The translations under genes and the position numbers were made by a program. From contig OZ240230.1 in NCBI GenBank assembly GCA_965197855.1, positions 1,259,950 to 1,323,949 on the forward strand: 64,000 nt of DNA. Reading direction: 5' to 3'. Shown here in pieces: positions 36,576 through 45,086 of this stretch. The first letter of the stretch is position 1; each line of letters starts with the position of its first letter. The notes under the pieces are model-generated. The model did not search any database. It was not told where the DNA came from and was given only the letters and a program-made list of their open reading frames with translations. The DNA comes from Bdellovibrionales bacterium. GTDB lineage: Bacteria; Bdellovibrionota; Bdellovibrionia; Bdellovibrionales; UBA1609.

Positions 36576-38162
36576 ATTAAAACTATTGCTCTCTTTCTTT
36601 TTTCTTTCTCACTTTGGGTATACGGAGCTTCACCAGGTTCTATTTTTGTCTATTGTTCTGAAGGTTCTCCACGCTTTTTGAATCCACAATTAGCTACAGA
36701 TGGCACTTCTTTAGATGCTCTTCATGATGTCTTTGATGGTTTGATTGAGTTTAAGAGAGGCACCCATACTGTAGTACCCGCACTAGCAACATCCTGGGAG
36801 AGGTCTAAAGATGGTCTTCAGTATACATTTAAACTTAGAAAGGGAGTTTCATTTCACACTACTAAGGATTTTACACCGACACGTGAATTTAATGCAGATG
36901 ATGTTATTTTTTCATTTGAAAGAGCTTTAAATAAAAAACATCCTTATCACAAAGTCAGCGGCGGCAACTATATGTACTTTTCTGCAATGGGTTTTAGCGC
37001 TTTAATAAAAAGAGTGGTTAAGGTGGATGACTACACTGTTCGATTTGAATTGAATGAGAAAAGCGCCACGTTTTTAGTTAACTTGGCTATGAACTTTGCT
37101 TCTATATTATCCAAGGAGTACGCAGATCAGGCATTGAAAAGTAAGACACCAGAGATGATTGATCAAAAACCAGTGGGCACAGGACCCTTTATTTTGACTG
37201 ATTACAAAAAGGATAGTTTGATACGTTATAAGACCAATAAAAAATATTTTAAAACTCCTTCTTCCTTGGAGGGTATGATTTTTTCCATTACACCGGACGC
37301 TTCTGTGAGACTGCAAAAATTAAAAAGAGAAGAATGTCATCTTATTAGTTTTCCTTCACCAAGTGACTATGAAATTATTGCTAACCACGAAAAACTTCAA
37401 TTAATTCAGAATCCAGATGTTTTCACTATGGCTTATTTAGGAATGAATGTGGAAAAACCTCCTTTGGATAAGTTGGAAGTCAGACAAGCTATTCGTCATG
37501 CCTTAAACCGTGATTTGTATGTTCAAGCAATTTACTTAGGAAATGCCAGAGCTGCAAAAGGGGCTCTTCCTGATGTTATGTGGTCTTATGATAAAAGAGC
37601 GAAAAGATATAAGCATGACATTAAAAAAGCTAAGGCTTTGTTAAAAAAGGCAGGATTTGAAAATGGATTTGAAATTAATTTGTGGTATGTACCGGTTTCC
37701 CGTCCTTACAATCCTGACGGCCAAAAAATGGGTGAATTAATGAAAGAGGATTTAGAAAAAGTTGGTATTAAGGTGCGTTTGGTCACTTATGATTGGACCA
37801 CCTATTTAAAAAAATCGGAAGTAGGAGAACATTCACTAGTTCAAATGGGTTGGACCAGTGATAACGGGGACCCGGATAACTTTTTAGCAACTTTATTAGG
37901 TTGTCGAGGTGTTCAAAGCGGTACAAATCTAGCAAGATGGTGTCATCCGGAATATGAGAAATTGGTTTTACAGGCAGTAAAAACTTTAGATCAAAAAGAG
38001 AGAATTCGTTTATATAAAAAAGCACAAGCTATTTTTGCGAAAGAAAGTCCTTGGGTTCCATTGGCTTACACACATGGATTCCGAGGGGCTAGTAAAAAAG
38101 TTAAAGGTTATATTTTAGCTCCGCACGGCAGTGAATCTTTCTATGGTGTTTCATTAGAGTAA
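36576..38162 (+). CDS. dppA: Dipeptide ABC transporter substrate-binding protein (start uncertain)
   Basis: Frame extends upstream of the track start through YCSEGSP and a signal peptide (IKTIALFLFSFSLWVYGA); FNADDV, PVGTGPF, RPYNP, GWTSDNGDPDNF. Confidence 0.9.
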   Translation: MKTIALFLFSFSLWVYGASPGSIFVYCSEGSPRFLNPQLATDGTSLDALHDVFDGLIEFKRGTHTVVPALATSWERSKDGLQYTFKLRKGVSFHTTKDFTPTREFNADDVIFSFERALNKKHPYHKVSGGNYMYFSAMGFSALIKRVVKVDDYTVRFELNEKSATFLVNLAMNFASILSKEYADQALKSKTPEMIDQKPVGTGPFILTDYKKDSLIRYKTNKKYFKTPSSLEGMIFSITPDASVRLQKLKREECHLISFPSPSDYEIIANHEKLQLIQNPDVFTMAYLGMNVEKPPLDKLEVRQAIRHALNRDLYVQAIYLGNARAAKGALPDVMWSYDKRAKRYKHDIKKAKALLKKAGFENGFEINLWYVPVSRPYNPDGQKMGELMKEDLEKVGIKVRLVTYDWTTYLKKSEVGEHSLVQMGWTSDNGDPDNFLATLLGCRGVQSGTNLARWCHPEYEKLVLQAVKTLDQKERIRLYKKAQAIFAKESPWVPLAYTHGFRGASKKVKGYILAPHGSESFYGVSLE

Positions 38163-38168
38163 ATAAAA

Positions 38169-39185
38169 TTGTTTCTTATATCTCTTAAACGTCTCTTTTA
38201 CTCCATACCGACTTTATTTTTTATTTCTTTGTTGGTTTTTTTATCTATACGTCTGCTTCCTGGAGACCCTATTGATTTTATTTTAGGTGAAAAAGGTAGA
38301 AGCCCTGAAGCTCGGGCACAGCTGGAAGAAAATTTAGGTTTAAACAAACCTCTATATGTGCAGTATTTTATATTTGTATCTCAAGCAGTGAGAGGAAACC
38401 TAGGCCGCTCTATTGTAACAGGTGAAAAAGTCTCAAAAGAATTTTTTAGTCTTTTTCCAGCCACTTTGGAATTGGCTATTAGCTCTGTATTTTTGGCACT
38501 GATATTTGGAATCCCCTTAGGGATATTGTGTGCTCTTTTTCATAATTCTGTTTTGGATCGTTTGGTTATAGGGCTGTCTTTAACAGGTTATTCCATGTCT
38601 ATTTTTTGGTGGGGATTGATTCTTATTTTATTTTTTTCCATTCAATTGGAATGGACACCTACTTCCGGAAGGATTGGTGTGTTTTATGATGTTCCCTATT
38701 ACACGGGTTTTATATTAATTGATGCTTTGAAAATGGAAAACCCTTGGCCGTCAATTAAATCTTTTCTCTCACACTTGACTCTTCCAACACTTACTTTAGC
38801 AACAATTCCATTTGTCTCTTTTGTACGTATGACCCGTTCTAGTCTCATTGAAGTTTTGCAGGAAGATTTTGTTCGAACCGCTCGAGCCAAAGGGTTAAGT
38901 TTTTATACTGTTGTTGTTAAGCATGCTTTTCGAAATGCCTTATTGCCGGTTGTGACAGTTATAGGTTTTATGTTTAGTTCGCTCATAACTGGAGCTGTTT
39001 TGACAGAGACAGTATTTGCCTGGCCTGGTATTGGAAAATGGTTGGTTACAGCCGTTTCAGCCAGAGATTATCCGGTGCTTCAGGGAGGAGTGTTGATTAT
39101 TGCTATTCTTGTGGTGTTTATTAATTTGTTAGTGGATCTAAGTTATATCAAGTTGGATCCACGAGTGAAGAAGAATATGGGTTAA
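38169..39185 (+). CDS. dppB: Dipeptide ABC transporter permease
   Basis: PGDP, FPATLEL, RTARAKGL EAA loop, RDYPVLQG. Confidence 0.92.
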   Translation: MFLISLKRLFYSIPTLFFISLLVFLSIRLLPGDPIDFILGEKGRSPEARAQLEENLGLNKPLYVQYFIFVSQAVRGNLGRSIVTGEKVSKEFFSLFPATLELAISSVFLALIFGIPLGILCALFHNSVLDRLVIGLSLTGYSMSIFWWGLILILFFSIQLEWTPTSGRIGVFYDVPYYTGFILIDALKMENPWPSIKSFLSHLTLPTLTLATIPFVSFVRMTRSSLIEVLQEDFVRTARAKGLSFYTVVVKHAFRNALLPVVTVIGFMFSSLITGAVLTETVFAWPGIGKWLVTAVSARDYPVLQGGVLIIAILVVFINLLVDLSYIKLDPRVKKNMG

Positions 39186-40028
39186 ATGATGAAATATTTC
39201 TTAGATCTTATAAAAAATGATCGAGTGACTTTACTTTGTGTCTTTCTATTTTGTTTTTTTATTCTTATAGGGTTTGTTATATCTTATTTTTTATCATCTC
39301 CTTATTATGGACATGGTAAAGATTTTTTAAGCATTCCTCCTTTTTGGATGGAAGGAGGTTCTTTTCAATTTATTTTAGGTACAGATGATTTAGGGAGAAA
39401 TTTTCTCAGCCGTTTAGCCTATGGAGCAAGATTATCTTTGCGTATTGGTTTGTCCGTTGTTGTTTTATCTCTTTCTGTGGGAACTGTTTTAGGTCTCTTA
39501 GCTGGGTATTTAGGAGGATGGGTGGATCGCTTGATTATGAGATTTGTAGATACTTTAATGTCTTTTCCAAGTATTTTAATTGCCATACTTATTGTTACTT
39601 TTTTAGGGCCTGGCTTATGGAATGCCATTATTGCAGTCAATGTCACAGCGTGGCCGGCAGTGATTCGGGTGGTTCGCTCAGTTGTATTAAAAGAAAAAGA
39701 AAAAGATTATGTACAGGCCGTACGGAGTTTTGGAGCTTCTCAGTGGAGAATTTTATTAGGCATCTTGCCTAATTGTATGGGACCTTTGATTGTTCAGGCA
39801 ACTTTGGGTTTTAGTGAGGGAATTTTAAATGTGGCGGCTTTAGGTTTTTTGGGTTTAGGTGCAGAGCCTCCTCTTCCAGAGTGGGGGGTCATGATTAAAG
39901 ATGGCCGAAAGTTTATGGAGACAGACTGGTGGCTGATCACTTTACCTGGTTTGTGTTTATTTTTACTGGTGTTAAGTGTGAATGTAATAGGTGAAAAACT
40001 TCGGGATGTTTTAGATCCTAAATCTTAA
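39186..40028 (+). CDS. dppC: Dipeptide ABC transporter permease
   Basis: LGTDDLGR, LGFLGLGAEPPLPEWG, LRDVLDPK. Confidence 0.92.
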   Translation: MMKYFLDLIKNDRVTLLCVFLFCFFILIGFVISYFLSSPYYGHGKDFLSIPPFWMEGGSFQFILGTDDLGRNFLSRLAYGARLSLRIGLSVVVLSLSVGTVLGLLAGYLGGWVDRLIMRFVDTLMSFPSILIAILIVTFLGPGLWNAIIAVNVTAWPAVIRVVRSVVLKEKEKDYVQAVRSFGASQWRILLGILPNCMGPLIVQATLGFSEGILNVAALGFLGLGAEPPLPEWGVMIKDGRKFMETDWWLITLPGLCLFLLVLSVNVIGEKLRDVLDPKS

Positions 40029-40064
40029 TTTTTTATATTTGAGATATTCTAAGAGGAATAAGTT

Positions 40065-41096
40065 TTGTCTTACAATCAAGAACAGTTGTTGGAATATTTA
40101 AAAAAATATCCTTTGCTATTAGCTCCTATGGCTGGAGTCACTGATTATCCTTTCCGTTCTTTTATGCGTGAGATGAATGGGGGTATTTTTACAACAGAAT
40201 TAGTTTCGGCTATTGCTTTGGTGCGTGAACCAGACAACCGCACTTACAAAATAGCTTCTATCAGTCCGGAGCAACAGCCTATTGGGATTCAGGTTTTTGG
40301 AGAGGATCCGGATATTTTAGCTCAAGCCGCTTTAAAAATAGAAGAAATGGGAGCAAGTTTTGTTGATTTGAACTTAGGCTGTCCAGTTCATAAAATAGTT
40401 AAAAAAGGAGCCGGTTCAGCCATCTTAAAAGATTTATCACAGCTTTCAAAAATTTTAAGAACTATTAGAAGTAAAATTAATATTCCTTTAACAATAAAGG
40501 TAAGAACAGGTTGGGATAATCAAAGAAATGCTTTAGAGGTTTCTCGTGTTGCCTACGATGCGGGCTGTTTATGGATGACTATACATGGGCGCACTCGTTC
40601 TCAGGGTTATTCCGGAAAAGCGGATTGGGATTATATTGCTGAAATCAAAAATCAGGCTCCTTTACCGATTATTGGAAATGGGGACTTGGTGAATCCTCAA
40701 CATATTTGTCATATTTACAAGATAACACAGTGTGATGCTTTAATGATTGGTCGGGGAGCTTTGAAAAATCCATGGATTTTTAACGATACTTATAAGCTGT
40801 TAGGTAAAAAGCTTCCTAGTAATCAATGTCCGCAAAGTGCTAAAGAGGTATTAGAGGTTTTATTTCATCATTTAAGTCATTTTCATAATGAAAAGATGGC
40901 TCTGCTTCAGTTTAAAAAGTTTGCTGTTTGGTTTTCTTCAGGTTATCCGGAGAGTTCCCTCTTTAGAAAATCCATTTTTCAAATCAAAGAAAAACCTTTG
41001 GTTCTCGACTATGTCTTTAATTATTTTGAACAATTAGGCAAAGTGAAAAAAGAAACTATCCCATATGAATCTTTTTTGATGCAGGGGCATGGGTAA
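40065..41096 (+). CDS. dusB: tRNA-dihydrouridine synthase (DusB-like)
   Basis: LAPMAGVTD, DLNLGCP, IHGRTR, IGNGD, MIGRGA. Confidence 0.9.
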   Translation: MSYNQEQLLEYLKKYPLLLAPMAGVTDYPFRSFMREMNGGIFTTELVSAIALVREPDNRTYKIASISPEQQPIGIQVFGEDPDILAQAALKIEEMGASFVDLNLGCPVHKIVKKGAGSAILKDLSQLSKILRTIRSKINIPLTIKVRTGWDNQRNALEVSRVAYDAGCLWMTIHGRTRSQGYSGKADWDYIAEIKNQAPLPIIGNGDLVNPQHICHIYKITQCDALMIGRGALKNPWIFNDTYKLLGKKLPSNQCPQSAKEVLEVLFHHLSHFHNEKMALLQFKKFAVWFSSGYPESSLFRKSIFQIKEKPLVLDYVFNYFEQLGKVKKETIPYESFLMQGHG

Positions 41097-41103
41097 TTAG
41101 TTT

Positions 41104-41814
41104 TTATTGTGTGTAGAATGTAAATGATTGCTGGCAATGAACTGGTCTTGTCATTGTCATTTGATTTACTTTTCCATTTGTTTGTTTTTTTAAATTATTT
41201 ATAAACCGCATAATTTTCGTATAGGTATCCGGATTTTTATTTCTATACTTTCGTGCATAATCCAGAGGGGTTTTTCCATGAATATCTCTTTTATCCAGAG
41301 CTTCTGGGTGCAGTTTTATAATGAATTTCTTTACATCCAGATCATTTCGATATCTGAATATGTAGTGTGCAGGGAGTCTGCCATCATTGTCTGGGATCAT
41401 GATGGCTTCAGGGCGCAGGCTATAGGTAAACTGAATAACATCTAGAGGATGTTGATGTCTGAGTCCAAGAAGAAGAGCATGTTTTCCCAGATAAGTGCTT
41501 ATATAGATAACTTGGGGATCCTCTTTTGACATGAATTTAATAGTTTCTAGATCAACTCGATATATGTATCCAGAGAGAAAAGGGGTTTCCCCTTGTCTGT
41601 TTTGAGCACTCAGATCTGCTCCTTGCATGACTGCGTTTTGGATCTCTTTTAAACTACCTCCATTTTCAATAATCTTGTGAGCAATCCTGTTTTTATCTGG
41701 AAATATAGGAGCATTAATTCCTTCATCAGTATCTAGAGTATCTAGCTCGGCACAGATGCCAGCAGATAGATCAAAAAGGAGCATAAGTAATAGTAATACA
41801 TGTATCAATTTCAT
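41104..41814 (-). CDS. Secreted ankyrin-like repeat protein
   Basis: Signal peptide; GADLSAQNRQGETP, DNDGRLPAH, RDIHGKTPLDYA; C-terminal CQQSF. Confidence 0.8.
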   Translation of the reverse strand: MKLIHVLLLLMLLFDLSAGICAELDTLDTDEGINAPIFPDKNRIAHKIIENGGSLKEIQNAVMQGADLSAQNRQGETPFLSGYIYRVDLETIKFMSKEDPQVIYISTYLGKHALLLGLRHQHPLDVIQFTYSLRPEAIMIPDNDGRLPAHYIFRYRNDLDVKKFIIKLHPEALDKRDIHGKTPLDYARKYRNKNPDTYTKIMRFINNLKKQTNGKVNQMTMTRPVHCQQSFTFYTQ

Positions 41815-42120
41815 AAAAAATCCCTTTCACTTGTTGATATTGAATTTCAGTATAATTAAATATTTCCAAGAAAATTTTCAGGCCAAGTTATCAAAAGAAT
41901 CTTTTTTTGTAAAGAATTAAAGAGGCACTGTGTATTTAATACAATATTGAATAGACTTATGTTTATAAACTAAAAATATCAAAATATTATTATATTGAAA
42001 ATTTTACATTGTAAAAGCTCTATTCTTGACACTAGAATGTTATCTTAATATTATGCGTCATAACTGCAATAAGGGTATCTATTCAGTAAGCTTCTATGCT
42101 TGTTTTTACAGGGATGTCTT

Positions 42121-43161
42121 ATGAAATTTTTGTCTATTTTCTGTGTTTTAATATTTGTTTTCCATTTGTCTGCTATGGAAGATGTAGAGTTGGAATCTGG
42201 GGGGAGTTCTTTTCCTATCAATGCAAATGAACCTATGCCTGCTCACACAGTTGAGGAAGATATAATAGCTTCAGAAACAGAAGTGGAAACCGAAGAAGTT
42301 TCAGAGGAAGAAGCTTTAATGCAGTTTCTCTTGCAAGAAGTGATTCCTGCCTTTGGAGGTTTTCAGGATATACTTTTTTCCAATAAACCTTCCTTTGATA
42401 TTCATTGGACGCTGGAGGGAATGCAAATCAGGAATTGTTCTTTCAAACTCCAACTTAAACAACTTAGAACTATACAATATAATCTGGCAGATATGGAGTT
42501 TTATGGGTTTCGATCAGATGCTGAAATTGGCGATTCCAGATTGTTATTTGTTCAGGTTTCATGCGGTGAAACAAATCAGATTGAAAATAAACAAAACTTT
42601 AAAATTAAATTTTTTGTTACAGATGAAAATTTGAAATCTTCTTTTTACAGTTTAAAAATTAAAACAATGGATAAAGAACAAATTGATATAAAATTAGTGT
42701 CTATTGAAATGGATGTAGATGTTGAAACTGTGGATTATACTCTCGTGTCTGATCACTATGGTCATATTGAAATTCTCCCTAATAACTCTCCTTTTTTACA
42801 ATTTTTTGAAGAAGATAAAGCCTATGCAGAAGTTGTAGAAGCTGATGAGGGTTTGAGAGATGATTCGAATCTGGAGGATGGTGAAGAGGCGCCTATTAAG
42901 AATATGTATGATATTAGTTTGGCTGTATGGAATCAAATAAAAGGAGTCACTGAAACTCAATCCAACGATAGTTCTCTTGTGCCTTTGAAAAAAATGAGAG
43001 TAGAGCAGGCTATTACTTTAAAAGGCTCGACGGAACTATTGCTACCTGTGTATAAGGGTGGGGCAAAGGAGGATGCTCCTGTTGTTATGCCTATTACTGG
43101 CAGTATTTTTTCATCTGTGGATGGTGAGATGGTGCCGGTTATCGATATTTCAACAAATTGA
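42121..43161 (+). CDS. Secreted acidic hypothetical protein
   Basis: MKFLSIFCVLIFVFHLSA signal from ATG 42121. Confidence 0.7.
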   Translation: MKFLSIFCVLIFVFHLSAMEDVELESGGSSFPINANEPMPAHTVEEDIIASETEVETEEVSEEEALMQFLLQEVIPAFGGFQDILFSNKPSFDIHWTLEGMQIRNCSFKLQLKQLRTIQYNLADMEFYGFRSDAEIGDSRLLFVQVSCGETNQIENKQNFKIKFFVTDENLKSSFYSLKIKTMDKEQIDIKLVSIEMDVDVETVDYTLVSDHYGHIEILPNNSPFLQFFEEDKAYAEVVEADEGLRDDSNLEDGEEAPIKNMYDISLAVWNQIKGVTETQSNDSSLVPLKKMRVEQAITLKGSTELLLPVYKGGAKEDAPVVMPITGSIFSSVDGEMVPVIDISTN

Positions 43162-43165
43162 TCCA

Positions 43166-43918
43166 ATGAAATATTTAATTTTTTTTATTCCTTTATTTTT
43201 ATTTGCTGGAGAAAAGGAAAATCAATTAAAGTCTTCTGATCCTGTTCTTGTGAGTTCTGAAGTTTCGTCTCAAGTCTACGGTAAGTCTTTTGGTTATGAA
43301 TATTTGGTAGAGCCTTTAATTTCTCTAGATGAAGAATTAGGTCATATAGTCACTCATTGTAGTATCGTGGGAGAGGATTTATCTCAAGTGATTCAAACCT
43401 ATGATGGTTTAGGGTCTTGTATCTTTGAACAAGTGGATGTTCTCTCAGATGAGGAAAGGCCTAGAAAAAATATTATATTTCATACAACAGTAAATGATCA
43501 GTTATTTGATTTATTGTTTCAATGGGAAGGTTTAAATGTTCAGGATATACTCAATTCTTATACAGAGAACAACCCTCATAAACTCTCCAGTCAAATCACT
43601 CTCGATTTACTTAGTGATAGCCAGTCTCTTTCTGACTCTCTATCTTATTTAATTTTATCTGAATTGTTTAAAACATCTTCATCTGAAGGAGCTCATTTAT
43701 TTCAGACAGCATCTTCATTACTTTTGCAGAAAGAAATTGATGTTATTCGCTTGGATTTAGCTTCTTATGGAGAGGGTTTACTGAAGGTCACTTTGAGTTT
43801 TGTTGATTCAATTGATGTTGAGTTTTACAAATTGGAATTTATTACAAATTATTATGCTGGTGCAGATGAGTATTTTGTAACCTCTGTAGATCAATATCAA
43901 GAGGAGTCTTATGAATAA
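43166..43918 (+). CDS. Secreted acidic hypothetical protein
   Basis: Probable start MKYLIFFIPLFLFAG just after the upstream stop. Confidence 0.65.
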   Translation: MKYLIFFIPLFLFAGEKENQLKSSDPVLVSSEVSSQVYGKSFGYEYLVEPLISLDEELGHIVTHCSIVGEDLSQVIQTYDGLGSCIFEQVDVLSDEERPRKNIIFHTTVNDQLFDLLFQWEGLNVQDILNSYTENNPHKLSSQITLDLLSDSQSLSDSLSYLILSELFKTSSSEGAHLFQTASSLLLQKEIDVIRLDLASYGEGLLKVTLSFVDSIDVEFYKLEFITNYYAGADEYFVTSVDQYQEESYE

Positions 43919-45086
43919 TAAAATATACATTTTTTTTATTATTTGTCCCTCTTTTTTATTTGCTGGAGAGTTTTGTGAATTACAGCCTGAGGGATTTTCT
44001 GACACCAGAGAATCTGTTTTGGCTTTTGAGGAAAATATTGAAGATAAAATATCTGAAATTTACCGTGCTCAATACCCATTGGTCATTGAAAAAGTAGAGG
44101 CTCTTGAAATATTACAAAAACAATTAACAAAACTCGAGCAGAAATATAGTCGAAAATATACAAGATCTTCTCACAGACACCCCAGAAGCCGTGCGGTGGA
44201 TCATTCACGCAGAAGGAAGAGAAAAGAAATATTTTTGCAATTAGCAGAACAAAACATTCATTCTGAATCAGAACTTAATGATTATTTGGAAAGAGTAAAG
44301 GTCATTCGCCCTATGTCTTTTAATGTTTACAGGAATTATTCAAGTACAGTCCATGAACTGAAGGAACAAATTAAAGAGGTCAATGCATCACTTTTGGAGA
44401 TACAGTCTTTTGGATTTCTGCAGTCTCCGGATTTTGGATTTTCATTAAGGGGTGATCAATCTTATGGGCATTTTAAGATGGAGGGTTTATTTCGTATACC
44501 GAAAGATGATTTATTAAAATTGCCTTTTTTAAAAATTGGTTTTGAAACAAGTCCTAATACTATTATATATTCTTGTGTTCATTTGGATGAGTTGAGGCCG
44601 GATAAAAATCGTATTTATATTTATTTTTTAAATACGACAAAATTGTATACTATTAATTGGAAAGATTTTTTTATGCGTCCAAATTTAGCCATTCGACATT
44701 TGTTGACGTTTAATCAAGAACCTCAAGCAGTCATTTCTCCCTTGCCTTTTGTTTTAAATCCTTTAGCGGCTACATCAGAAGCATTGGATAATTTGGGTCA
44801 ATTTCAGCAATTGAGCAGTCATGCTTCTTTTAGTCAAATTATGAATACAGCTGGTAGGTTTAACTTTTTGGATTTTTCAGCTAGTTTAAATCCCATTTTA
44901 TTAGTTATTAAGAATAATGTGCAAATAGGTATCCAGGGCTTTATGATTCGACCAGACAAGCTTCAAATTAGATATGCTGGAACTACTTTGTATGGTTTAA
45001 TTAATTTTAATTTAGCTGTGCAGAATCAAAGTGCGGATTTTTCATCTTTTATGAATATTATGACCTTGAATGAAGATGGTTTATAA
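43911..45086 (+). CDS. Secreted hypothetical protein
   Basis: Signal peptide ending FLFAG; coiled coil with basic patch HSRRRKRK. Confidence 0.7.
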   Translation: MNNKIYIFFIICPSFLFAGEFCELQPEGFSDTRESVLAFEENIEDKISEIYRAQYPLVIEKVEALEILQKQLTKLEQKYSRKYTRSSHRHPRSRAVDHSRRRKRKEIFLQLAEQNIHSESELNDYLERVKVIRPMSFNVYRNYSSTVHELKEQIKEVNASLLEIQSFGFLQSPDFGFSLRGDQSYGHFKMEGLFRIPKDDLLKLPFLKIGFETSPNTIIYSCVHLDELRPDKNRIYIYFLNTTKLYTINWKDFFMRPNLAIRHLLTFNQEPQAVISPLPFVLNPLAATSEALDNLGQFQQLSSHASFSQIMNTAGRFNFLDFSASLNPILLVIKNNVQIGIQGFMIRPDKLQIRYAGTTLYGLINFNLAVQNQSADFSSFMNIMTLNEDGL

